NCBI GenBank assembly: GCA_963764725.1
Contig: CAVXTM010000001.1
Location: 352,001 to 416,000 of the forward strand
DNA length: 64,000 nt
Reading direction: 5' to 3'
Source: an uncultured Gammaproteobacteria bacterium
Lineage (GTDB): Bacteria; Pseudomonadota; Gammaproteobacteria; JACCXJ01
The first letter of the stretch is position 1. Every line of letters begins with the position of its first letter. Position numbers and translations under genes: made by a program. This document shows positions 22,193 through 31,052 of the stretch, piece after piece. Under the pieces are notes generated by a model, which searched no databases, was not told the DNA's origin, and saw only the letters and a program-made list of their open reading frames with translations.

Positions 22193-22723
22193 TCATGCGC
22201 GGTCGCTTCGGTTCGCCGCCTGATAGAAATCCGGATCGGCAGCCAAGCGGGTCATATCGATCCTTCGCCACACCGCCCCGGCTTCGTCAACACGCTCCCC
22301 CGCATGCCACGGAAACTGGTCGCCTTGGCCGGCGTCACGCGGGACCTCCCCGACCCGCCGCAGTCCAAGGACGCGGGAGACCAGCAGACCGAACGGTACA
22401 GTGAGCCGCGGACTGGCGAGGATGATGCGGCTTTCCAAAGTGAGCGGTGTAATGCTTGCCTGCGTGCGAAACGCGGCTAGATCCACAATGCTGTAAAAGG
22501 TACCGCGGACATGGGCAAGACCCCGAAACCAGGGTTTGGTGTGAGGGACGGCTACCAGCGCGGGCACCGGTAACACTTCGCTAATATCGAGTAAATCGCA
22601 CTCCCAACGTTCTTCGCCCGCCTGGATACCGAGCGCTGAGCGACCGGGCGTGGTCTTTACCGTGCCCTGTAAGCGCGCCGCAAGCCGCTTCTGGAATTCC
22701 ACTAACCTTATTCGCTCCAGCAT
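22193..22723 (-). CDS. pilI: PilI CheW-like protein
   Basis: VPHTKPWFRGLAHVRG; position between pilH and pilJ. Confidence 0.85.
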   Translation of the reverse strand: MLERIRLVEFQKRLAARLQGTVKTTPGRSALGIQAGEERWECDLLDISEVLPVPALVAVPHTKPWFRGLAHVRGTFYSIVDLAAFRTQASITPLTLESRIILASPRLTVPFGLLVSRVLGLRRVGEVPRDAGQGDQFPWHAGERVDEAGAVWRRIDMTRLAADPDFYQAANRSDRA

Positions 22724-22727
22724 AGCT

Positions 22728-23102
22728 TTACGACAAAGCTTGGATCTTGCCGAGCAGTTCCGTGGCGTTGATCGGCTTGATCACATAGTCTCGCGCCCCC
22801 TGGCGCAATCCCCAAGTCTTATCGGTTTCCTGACCCTTGGTGGTGCAGATGATGATGGGGATATGCTGCGTTGCCTGATCCCTCACGATCGTGCGGGTGG
22901 CCTGGAAACCGTTGATTCCGGGCATCACGATGTCCATCAGGATCAAATCGGGCAGCAACTGCTTGGAACGGGCGATGGCTTCTTCCCCGCTCTTGGCCAT
23001 GAGGACGGCATAGTGATTCTTGGTCAGAATTTCCGCCAGAACCGCGCGGTCAGTGGGCGAATCGTCCACGACGAGAACATTTTTAATCGGCATGTCCGCC
23101 AA
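22728..23102 (-). CDS. pilH: PilH single-domain response regulator
   Basis: VDDSPT, DIVMPGINGFQATR, QETDKTWGLRQGARDY. Confidence 0.92.
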   Translation of the reverse strand: MADMPIKNVLVVDDSPTDRAVLAEILTKNHYAVLMAKSGEEAIARSKQLLPDLILMDIVMPGINGFQATRTIVRDQATQHIPIIICTTKGQETDKTWGLRQGARDYVIKPINATELLGKIQALS

Positions 23103-23111
23103 GCACTCAGA

Positions 23112-23510
23112 TCATGACGCGGCCCTACATGCGTACGTTGCCACCGCATTCAGCAGGGTGTCTCGGGTAAAGGGCTTGGTCAGATACTCATCGGCGCCTA
23201 AGAGCTTGGCGCGAGCGCGGTCAAAGACGTTGTCTTTGCTGGTCAGCATGATGACAGGTGTCGCTTTAAATCGGGGATGCTGTTTGACCACGGCGCAGAC
23301 CTGATAGCCGTCGAGTTTCGGCATCATCACATCCACGAAAATGAGATCGGGTTTAAACTCCGGTATCTTGGCGAGTGCATCGAAACCGTCTTCGCCGTAA
23401 ACTACTTCGCAACCCGCCTTGCGGAGGAAGATTTCGGCGCTGCGGCGGATCGTGTTGCTGTCGTCAGCCACCAGCACCTTGACCCCGCACAGGATTTTCT
23501 CAGTGCTCAT
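23112..23510 (-). CDS. pilG: PilG single-domain response regulator
   Basis: DDSNTIRRSAEIFL, DGFDAL, SKDNVFDRARA, YLTKPF. Confidence 0.9.
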   Translation of the reverse strand: MSTEKILCGVKVLVADDSNTIRRSAEIFLRKAGCEVVYGEDGFDALAKIPEFKPDLIFVDVMMPKLDGYQVCAVVKQHPRFKATPVIMLTSKDNVFDRARAKLLGADEYLTKPFTRDTLLNAVATYACRAAS

Positions 23511-23799
23511 TCGCGCCCTCTCATCCCTCGCTCAGATCCCACGTTTGGCACCTTATCGACCGTTGGACTGGTTGCTTTAAGTAGGGCCTGGGCACGGCGC
23601 ACGTCAATGACAGATCTGCGCTCGTTGGCGTTTGCGCGCAGTTACTTTCGCCCCACTCAAGACTCCCCCGATCGCGAGCGCAAGCTCATACAACGATTGA
23701 AGGTTCTTCGGAGACGTGACGGGCTCTACGCCGTCGCTTTCCATGGAACGTCGATAGTTTATAATCGTTGAATAAAATGCGACATAATCGGGTCGAACA

Positions 23800-25251
23800 A
23801 TGTTTCACCTCCCCGTCTATTACCAGGTCAAAGACCGCCCGTGTCTGGTCGTGGGCGGCGGTGAGGTGGCCGCGCGAAAGGCCGAGCTGTTACTTCGGCG
23901 CGCGGCGCGGGTGATCGTCGTCGCGCCGCGGATCAGCTTGCGTTTAAGGAGCTTGTCGGAGACGGCAGCGATTACGCTTATTGCGCGAGAATTCCGGCCG
24001 GACGACCTGCGGGAAGCATGGCTCGCGTTCGCCGCAACCGACGATCCGGAAATCAACGCAACGGTGGCTCGCCACGCGCGGCGCCTCGGAGTTCCGGTGA
24101 ATGTGGCCGATGATCCAGCGTGTTGCACGTTTATCATGCCATCGATCATTGAGCGTGCGCCGGTTCAGATCGCGGTCTCCACGGGCGGCGCCTCCCCGGT
24201 ACTTGCGCGCCTGCTCCGCGCTCGATTGGAAACGCTGATCCCCGCCGCATACGGGCGGCTCGCTGCATTAATGGCTGAGTTTCGTGATCGCGCCCGTTCG
24301 CGTTTCGACGACTCCACCGCGCGCCGGCGGTTTTGGGAACGGATCCTCCAGGGACCCATCGCGGAGATGCTATTCGCTGGACGTGAGCAAGCTGCGATAA
24401 CCGCGTTAGCACGGGAGTTTGATGCGAAACCGCCCGGCCCGAAACTGGTGGGCGAGGTCTACTTAGTGGGCGCCGGCCCGGGCGATCCGGACCTTTTGAC
24501 CTTCCGCGCCCTGCGATTGATGCAGCAAGCCGATGTTGTGCTCTATGACCGGCTTGTAGCCCCGGCCGTGCTTGATCTCGTGCGTAGGGATGCCGAGCGC
24601 ATCTATGTCGGGAAGGAAAGCAGCCGCCGTTCCGTATCGCAGCACGAGATCCACCGCAAGCTAGTCGAGCTCGCCCGCCAGGGCCGGCGAGTACTGAGAC
24701 TCAAGGGTGGCGATCCGTTCATCTTCGGCCGCGGGGGAGAAGAGATCGACACGCTCTCAACGGAGGGCATCCCGTTTCAGGTGGTGCCCGGTATCACGGC
24801 GGCCGCCGGCTGCGCGTGCTACGCTGGCATCCCCTTGACACACCGGGATTACGCTCAGTCCTGTGTATTCGTCGCAGGGCACCTCAAGGAAGGCTCCTTG
24901 GACCTCAACTGGGATGCCTTGGTGCAACCACGGCAAACGATCGCCATCTATATGGGCCGGCAAGGGCTCGGCCTTCTTTGCCAGGGATTGCTATCGCACG
25001 GCATGGCTGCCGACACTCCCGTCGCGCTGATCCAGCAAGGCACCACCCCGTTGCAGCGGGTAATCATCGGAAACTTAAACAGCGTGCCGTCTCATGCCCA
25101 AAATGAGAATATACGCGCGCCTCTCATGGTCATCGTCGGCGAAGTCGTGCGGTTACACGAGAAGCTCGCGTGGTTTGATCCGCTCGGCCGTTCCGCCGAG
25201 ACTGGTTCGACGGGGACAGTGGATTGCACCAGCATCATCGAAAAGGTTTAG
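23800..25251 (+). CDS. cysG: Siroheme synthase
   Basis: VGGGEVAARK, STGGASPVLAR, VGAGPGDPDLLT, RLKGGDPFIFGRGGEE. Confidence 0.97.
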   Translation: MFHLPVYYQVKDRPCLVVGGGEVAARKAELLLRRAARVIVVAPRISLRLRSLSETAAITLIAREFRPDDLREAWLAFAATDDPEINATVARHARRLGVPVNVADDPACCTFIMPSIIERAPVQIAVSTGGASPVLARLLRARLETLIPAAYGRLAALMAEFRDRARSRFDDSTARRRFWERILQGPIAEMLFAGREQAAITALAREFDAKPPGPKLVGEVYLVGAGPGDPDLLTFRALRLMQQADVVLYDRLVAPAVLDLVRRDAERIYVGKESSRRSVSQHEIHRKLVELARQGRRVLRLKGGDPFIFGRGGEEIDTLSTEGIPFQVVPGITAAAGCACYAGIPLTHRDYAQSCVFVAGHLKEGSLDLNWDALVQPRQTIAIYMGRQGLGLLCQGLLSHGMAADTPVALIQQGTTPLQRVIIGNLNSVPSHAQNENIRAPLMVIVGEVVRLHEKLAWFDPLGRSAETGSTGTVDCTSIIEKV

Positions 25252-25378
25252 CGTTGTTTGCCGATAACGGGTAACGAACATGGGGTGCGATTTGGTAGCT
25301 GTATAAACGCCATGTTGCGCACTGCTTGCGAAGGTAGTTTTCAAGGAATCTAACGATCAGGGGTTACCGAGGTTCCGT

Positions 25379-26401
25379 ATGCATAGAATTGCCAAACGTT
25401 GCCGCTTCGGGCCGGTGCGTGCCGGAGAATTGGCGCGCCTTCCATTGATTGTGGCGCTGATGGTAGTCGGGATAACGATCGCCCCGCCGCTGCAAGCCCA
25501 CCCACCTTACGCCTCGATCGTCGTCGATGCGCGCTCCGGTGCGGTAATACACGAATTCAATGCCGATCACCGCAGACAACCGGCTTCACTCACGAAGATG
25601 ATGACGCTGTATCTGGTCTTCGAAGCGCTCGAGCAGCAACAACTACGGCTCGATCAGCAACTGCGGGTCTCGGCCCACGCGTCTCGGATGCAGGCGACCC
25701 GGCTAGGCCTACGCCGCGGCCAAATGATTCGCGTCGGCGATGCCATCCTTGCCTTGATTACGCATTCGGCAAATGACGCAGCGGTGGTGCTCGCGGAAAC
25801 CCTTGGCGCCACCGAATCCAATTTCGCTCGTTTGATGACCCTGAAGGCCCGCTACCTCGGCATGCCCAACACTAGCTTTTACAACGCCTCCGGGTTGCCC
25901 GACCGCCGCCAGTACAGTTGCGCCCGCGATATGGTAACGCTAGGCCTGGCGTTATTGAACGACTTCCCGCGGCACTATCCACTGTTCGCGACGAAGCACT
26001 TCCGTTATAAAGGCCGCTCTTACCGTAACCACAACCACCTTCTCGGTGGATACACCGGGAGCGATGGCATTAAGACCGGGTATGTGCGCGCTTCGGGATT
26101 CAACCTGGTGGCCTCGGCCAGGCGCGGCGATCGCCGGTTGCTCGCGGCCGTATTGGGCGGCCAAAGCGCGCGTTCTCGCGACCGCCGAATGGTGGAATTG
26201 CTCGACGCCGGTTTCACGAGCTTGGCCGGCGTAGAAAAGATGGCATCGCTTGCCGGTCCACCGGCGCTCGCGGCGGCTCCAAAAAAGCGCGGCCGGTATC
26301 GGGCGCATGCGGTGCGCGAGCGATTGATCCCGGCAACTACGGCGTCCGCTAAGCAAGTTGAGCCGGCGCTGCCAAACGAGGCAAATGTTCTGGGGAGGTA
26401 G
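25379..26401 (+). CDS. D-alanyl-D-alanine carboxypeptidase (peptidase S11)
   Basis: SxxK (ASLTK), SxN (SAN), KTG; signal peptide; true start may lie downstream. Confidence 0.9.
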   Translation: MHRIAKRCRFGPVRAGELARLPLIVALMVVGITIAPPLQAHPPYASIVVDARSGAVIHEFNADHRRQPASLTKMMTLYLVFEALEQQQLRLDQQLRVSAHASRMQATRLGLRRGQMIRVGDAILALITHSANDAAVVLAETLGATESNFARLMTLKARYLGMPNTSFYNASGLPDRRQYSCARDMVTLGLALLNDFPRHYPLFATKHFRYKGRSYRNHNHLLGGYTGSDGIKTGYVRASGFNLVASARRGDRRLLAAVLGGQSARSRDRRMVELLDAGFTSLAGVEKMASLAGPPALAAAPKKRGRYRAHAVRERLIPATTASAKQVEPALPNEANVLGR

Positions 26402-26451
26402 CCGAATTGAACCTGCTCGATGGCAGCGCTCTCACGTTGTCAGGTCAACTC

Positions 26452-26589
26452 TCAACCAAGCAGCACCTTCGCCTTCTCCAAAGTCTTAAAGATCCCCCAG
26501 AGTAGGGGTATACCGACCAAGGTCCACGCGATGGCGACCAATAGCCAACTCAGTGGGCTCGGGTGTTCGTGGTTTCCGGTTTCGTTCAT
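26452..26589 (-). CDS. 45-aa single-TM small partner of the OFA-family MFS transporter
   Basis: MNETGNHEHPSPLSWLLVAIAWTLVGIPLLWGIFKTLEKAKVLLG, 12 bp after the transporter stop; below ORF-track cutoff. Confidence 0.7.
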   Translation of the reverse strand: MNETGNHEHPSPLSWLLVAIAWTLVGIPLLWGIFKTLEKAKVLLG

Positions 26590-26601
26590 AAGCACTCGCG
26601 A

Positions 26602-28125
26602 TTAGTTTCTGTTTTCCAACCCACCCTCGTGCGCAATACGGCGCTCGGTGGCTAATTCTTCGTCGCTCATGTAGTACTTCGGAGCCACAGGCCGCATCGC
26701 GAGGTTACAGAAAAACCCCATTACGAGTAAACCCGCCAAGACATACATCGTGGTGTTGTAGGCTTGCGCCACGGGTACCCCAAGCCCCACCTGGTATTCG
26801 CGCAGGTAGTTCACGAGGACCGGTCCTAGTACTCCCGCCGTTGACCAGGCCGTTAACAAGCGGCCGTGGATGGCGCCGACGAATTGCGTGCCGAATATAT
26901 CGGCCAGATAGGCCGGTATTGTGGCAAAGCCGCCGCCGTACATCGTCAGAATCAAGCAAAAGAGCCCGACAAACAGCGCGACGTTTTTGATCTCCCCGGC
27001 GAAAGGCGCCGATGCATACAGCGCCGCGCCCAAGGAAAAGAATAGGAAATAGGTACCCTTGCGCCCGATGTAATCGGATAGGGACGCCCAACCGATGCGG
27101 CCGGCGATATTAAAGAGACTCAGGAGACCGGTGAACGCCGCCGCAATTGTCGCAACCTGTGCGGCCTGCTCGACGGTCAGGTCCTTGAGCGGCATGTCCA
27201 ATCCGATGAGCTTACCGCCGAATACCTCTTGGAGCATGGGCGAGGCCACGCCGATCACGCCGATACCCGCGCTCACGTTCAGACACAGCACACCCCATAG
27301 GAGCCAAAAATGAGGCGTTTTATGCGCCATGTTGAGGTGCACATGTGCGGACGTGATCATGCGCTTGCGCTTAGGGTTCGGCTGCCAGCCCGACGGCGCC
27401 CATCCTAGCGGTGGCACGCGGTACCCGAAGGCCCCTCCCATCATGGCGACAAAATAAATCGCGCTCAAGGTTACGAAGGTTTCCCATACACCGACCGAAT
27501 CGGGCCCCGCGTAATACTTCATCAGTAGATCGGCGAGCGGCGCGCCGATCATCGCCCCGCCTCCGAAGCCCATGATCGCCATGCCCGTGGCCATGCCGCG
27601 GCGGTCCGGAAACCATTTGATCAACGTCGACACCGGCGAGATGTATCCCAGGCCCAAGCCGATCCCGCCGATCACCCCCGATCCGAGCCACAACAACCAG
27701 ATGTGATGCCAGTACACTCCTGCCGCGGAGATCAGGAACCCTCCGGCCCAGCAACAGGCCGCGTAGACGCCGGCCTTGCGCGGGCCTTCGCGTTCCAGCC
27801 AATGCCCGAAAACCGCGGCCGATGATCCAAGGAACACGAAAAACAGCGTATAGAGCCAACCGAGGGCGCTGCGTTGCCAATCGCAAGGCCCCGAGTCGTT
27901 GTAGCCCAGAATTCCACGCCAGGAGTCTATGACCCCATCGGCCGTATCCGTGTCACAGGGGACCGACTCGCTGATACCGACCGCATGTTCGAGCGGGATC
28001 CAGAACACGCTGAACCCATAGGCCATCCCGATGGACAGGTGGATCGCCAATGCGGCGGGCGGCACCAGCCAGCGATTGAAGTTCGGACGCGCAATAGTTC
28101 GTTGCTTGGATAACCAGTTTGCCAT
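26602..28125 (-). CDS. OFA-family (oxalate/formate antiporter-like) MFS transporter
   Basis: FNRWLVPPAALAIHLSIGMAYGFSVFW, WFPDRRGMATG, YGGGFATIPAYLAD; start at MANWLSK (28125). Confidence 0.9.
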   Translation of the reverse strand: MANWLSKQRTIARPNFNRWLVPPAALAIHLSIGMAYGFSVFWIPLEHAVGISESVPCDTDTADGVIDSWRGILGYNDSGPCDWQRSALGWLYTLFFVFLGSSAAVFGHWLEREGPRKAGVYAACCWAGGFLISAAGVYWHHIWLLWLGSGVIGGIGLGLGYISPVSTLIKWFPDRRGMATGMAIMGFGGGAMIGAPLADLLMKYYAGPDSVGVWETFVTLSAIYFVAMMGGAFGYRVPPLGWAPSGWQPNPKRKRMITSAHVHLNMAHKTPHFWLLWGVLCLNVSAGIGVIGVASPMLQEVFGGKLIGLDMPLKDLTVEQAAQVATIAAAFTGLLSLFNIAGRIGWASLSDYIGRKGTYFLFFSLGAALYASAPFAGEIKNVALFVGLFCLILTMYGGGFATIPAYLADIFGTQFVGAIHGRLLTAWSTAGVLGPVLVNYLREYQVGLGVPVAQAYNTTMYVLAGLLVMGFFCNLAMRPVAPKYYMSDEELATERRIAHEGGLENRN

Positions 28126-28181
28126 TTTGCCTAGCTTATGTTTGATGTTGTCGCTGCGATGATAGCGGCAGATGATCAGAA

Positions 28182-28490
28182 TTAGAACGTATGCGCGTTC
28201 CATGCGAAATGCACCCCTATGCTCGCGGCATACCCGAGCGCCACGGCCCACGCCCACTTGAGATGGGCAAGGAACGTATAGACTTCGCGCGCCTGTCCCA
28301 ATAAGCGTCACACCCGCCGCTGAACCGATCGACAATAACGGCCCGCCCACCACGGCGGTTAATGTGACGAGCAGCCACTGACCGAGCGACATCTCGGGTT
28401 CATCGTTAAGACCGCAAACATGACCGGAATATTGTCGATCACTGCGGAGGCCACCGATGCACAACATCACGCCGTAAAAAAATATCGTGA
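28182..28490 (-). pseudogene. nhaD: C-terminal remnant of NhaD Na+/H+ antiporter
   Basis: Across frameshifts reads FFYGVMLCIGGL / ASAVIDNIPVMFAVLTMNP / EMSLGQWLLVTLTAVVGGPLLSIGSAAGVTL / GQAREVYTFLAHLKWAWAVALGYAASIGVHFAWNAHTF*. Confidence 0.8.
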
Positions 28491-28632
28491 CGATTAGCCT
28501 ATCGTTGCATTGCAGCGGTATGTAGTGCATAGTTCAAGGTATGTCTTAGATCCCTGATCTCGCGTCATTGACGCATGAGCAGAACGACGGGCTGATTCTG
28601 GCTCTCTATCACCGCCTAGCGCTGTAGCAATT

Positions 28633-29130
28633 ATGTTCCATCTCGCAATCGCCGCGCTGCTGCTGTACCTGTTCTGGATCCTGCTGTCGGGGTTCTTCAC
28701 GCCGTTCCTGCTCGGCGCGGGCGCGGCGGCAAGCGTTTTCGTCCTCTGGTTGGCGCACCGGATGGAGGTGGTGGACCGGGAGGGGCATCCGTATCACCTG
28801 AGCTGGGCGGCGGTGACTTACTGGCCGTGGCTCGTCAAGGAGATCCTGAAGTCAGCAATCGACGTGTCGCGCCGGATTCTCGACCCGAAGCTGCCGGTCA
28901 GCCCGACGGTGGTGCGCTTCGCCCCGCGTCAGAGGACGGTGGTGGGACTGGTGACGCACGCGAACTCGATCACGTTGACGCCCGGCACGCTTTCGGTCGA
29001 GGTCTCGCCGGATCGCTTCACGGTGCACGGGCTTTCGCGCGAGGACGCCGAGGCCTGCATCGACAGCGAGATGGACCGGCGCGTGGAGAGATTCGAAGGT
29101 AACGCGCAGGGCGCCGGGGGCCGCCCCTGA
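28633..29130 (+). CDS. mnhE: Mrp/Mnh antiporter subunit E
   Basis: FWILLSG, ANSITLTPGT. Confidence 0.92.
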   Translation: MFHLAIAALLLYLFWILLSGFFTPFLLGAGAAASVFVLWLAHRMEVVDREGHPYHLSWAAVTYWPWLVKEILKSAIDVSRRILDPKLPVSPTVVRFAPRQRTVVGLVTHANSITLTPGTLSVEVSPDRFTVHGLSREDAEACIDSEMDRRVERFEGNAQGAGGRP

Positions 29131-29411
29131 TGTTCGCGGCAGTGGCACTGGCGCTGCTCGCCGCGCTCGGCCTCGCGCTCGTACGCGCGCTCGCCGGTCC
29201 CACGGTATTCGACCGCGCGCTGGCCGCGAACTCGATCGGCACGCTCGCCACGATGATGCTGGCGGTGCTGGGTTTCCTCACCGGCCGACCGGAGTTCCTC
29301 GACCTCGCGATCCTTTACGGGTTGCTGAACATTATCGGCACGATCGCGATGCTGAAGTTCTTCCGCTACGGCGATCTCGGCGACCCAGGCGAGCCGGAGG
29401 TGAAACGGTGA
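29130..29411 (+). CDS. mnhF: Mrp/Mnh antiporter subunit F
   Basis: RALAGPTVFDRALAAN. Confidence 0.92.
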   Translation: MFAAVALALLAALGLALVRALAGPTVFDRALAANSIGTLATMMLAVLGFLTGRPEFLDLAILYGLLNIIGTIAMLKFFRYGDLGDPGEPEVKR

Positions 29412-29731
29412 GCATGGCGCTCGACGTCCTGTCCTGGGCAGTGCTCGTCGCGGGCGGCGCCTTTTGCGTCATCGGCGGCCTGGGCCTGGTGCGCCTGCGC
29501 GGTTTTTTCCCACGCACGCATGCCGCGAGCGTCATCGATTCGGCGGGCGCCGGACTGATCCTCGCGGGCCTTCTGCTGCAGGCTGGCTGGACCCTGGTGG
29601 CGGTCAAGCTCGTCGTCATCGGCCTGCTCATCTTTTTCGCCTCGCCCACGGCGACGCACGCACTCGCCAACGCGGCGCTGGCGCGAGGCCTGAAGCTCGA
29701 AGAGCACGGGGAGGCACCATCGAGGCCCTGA
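29408..29731 (+). CDS. mnhG: Mrp/Mnh antiporter subunit G
   Basis: GLVRL..RTHAAS, SPTATHALANAA. Confidence 0.9.
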   Translation: MSMALDVLSWAVLVAGGAFCVIGGLGLVRLRGFFPRTHAASVIDSAGAGLILAGLLLQAGWTLVAVKLVVIGLLIFFASPTATHALANAALARGLKLEEHGEAPSRP

Positions 29732-30261
29732 TCATCCAGGCGCTGCTCACCATGATGGCTGTGACGGTGATCGCCATCATCCTGCAGCGGAACCTCTTCT
29801 CGGTGGTGGTCCTCGCCAGCGTCTACAGCTTCCTCATGGCCACGGTGCTGGTGGCGCTCGATGCGGTGGACGTCGCCATGACGGAGGCCTCGGTCGGCGC
29901 GGGCATCTCCACGGTGCTCCTCCTCGGCGCGCTGTACCTGTGCGGTGGCGAGGAAGCCAAACCGATGGCCCGGCCCTGGCTGCCGCTCGCGGTGACGCTG
30001 GTGATCCTGGCCACCCTAGTCTACGGCACACTCGGCCTGCCGGCATTCTCCGATCCGCTGGCGCCCATCCATACGCACGTCGTGCCGCGCTACCTGTTGC
30101 AGGGACCGGTGGAAACGGGCGTGCCGAATGTCGTTACGGCCGTGCTCGCCAGCTACCGCGGTTACGACACGCTCGGCGAGACCGTGGTGGTGTTCACCGC
30201 AGGGATCGGCGTCATCGCGTTGCTGCGGCGCGTGCGCTGCGGCAACGGGGACAAGACGTGA
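29719..30261 (+). CDS. Mrp subunit B-related DUF4040 protein
   Basis: AVDVAMTEASVGAGIST, PNVVTAVLASYRGYDTLGE; start ATC 29719 (after GGAGG) or ATG 29752. Confidence 0.85.
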   Translation: MEALIIQALLTMMAVTVIAIILQRNLFSVVVLASVYSFLMATVLVALDAVDVAMTEASVGAGISTVLLLGALYLCGGEEAKPMARPWLPLAVTLVILATLVYGTLGLPAFSDPLAPIHTHVVPRYLLQGPVETGVPNVVTAVLASYRGYDTLGETVVVFTAGIGVIALLRRVRCGNGDKT

Positions 30262-30680
30262 AGCGCGAGCTGGTGCTGCGCGCGGTCGGGAAGCTCCTCA
30301 TCCCGTACATGCTCGTGTTCGCGCTGTACGTGCAGTTCCACGGCGACTTCGGGCCCGGCGGCGGCTTCCAGGCCGGCGTCATCGCCGCGGCCTCGATCAT
30401 CTTCTACGCGCTGATCTTCGGCCTGCGCGCGGCGCGACGCCTGGTGCCGGACGCCGTGGTGGAAACGATGGTCGCGCTGGGCGCGCTCCTCTACCTGGCC
30501 GTCGGCTTCGCCGGCCTCGCGCTGGGAGGCAATTACCTCGACTACTTCGTCCTCGACCGCGACCCGGTCGCCGGCCAACACCGCGGCATCTTCTGGGTCG
30601 AGTTCGGCGTGCTGATCACGGTGACCGGCGTGATGTTGAAGATTTTCTACGTGTTCGCCGGGCGCCGCCGCGAAAACTGA
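30258..30680 (+). CDS. mnhB: Mrp/Mnh antiporter subunit B
   Basis: HGDFGPGGGFQAG; GTGA overlap start. Confidence 0.9.
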   Translation: MKRELVLRAVGKLLIPYMLVFALYVQFHGDFGPGGGFQAGVIAAASIIFYALIFGLRAARRLVPDAVVETMVALGALLYLAVGFAGLALGGNYLDYFVLDRDPVAGQHRGIFWVEFGVLITVTGVMLKIFYVFAGRRREN

Positions 30681-30683
30681 ACC

Positions 30684-31052
30684 ATGTCGGCGTTCGCGAG
30701 CCACTACACCTACTGGATCACCGTGCTGCTGATGGCCGCGGGGCTGTACATCATGATCGCGCGCGGTAACCTGGTAAAGAAGCTGATCGGACTGTCCATT
30801 TTCCAGACCTCGGTGTACCTGCTGTACATCGCGCCAGGGAAGCTCATCGGAGGCACCGCGCCTATCGTGTCGGGGGCGTTCAAGATCTATTCCAGCCCAC
30901 TGCCGCACGTGCTGATCCTCACGGCCATCGTGGTCGGCATCGCCACGCTGGCGCTCGGCCTGGCCATCGTGGTGCGCGTGCGCGAAGCCTACGGCAGCAT
31001 CGAGGAGGACGAGATCGTCGCAGCGGACGCGGGGCGCGGGGAAGGAGACTGA
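30684..31052 (+). CDS. mnhC: Mrp/Mnh antiporter subunit C
   Basis: NLVKKLIGL, PLPHVLILTAIVVG. Confidence 0.92.
   Translation: MSAFASHYTYWITVLLMAAGLYIMIARGNLVKKLIGLSIFQTSVYLLYIAPGKLIGGTAPIVSGAFKIYSSPLPHVLILTAIVVGIATLALGLAIVVRVREAYGSIEEDEIVAADAGRGEGD

Noticed and set aside
28126-28530. 135-aa N-terminal extension of the OFA transporter in the ORF track
   Set aside because: Open frame running through the nhaD relic; the family N-terminus begins at MANWLSK (28125)
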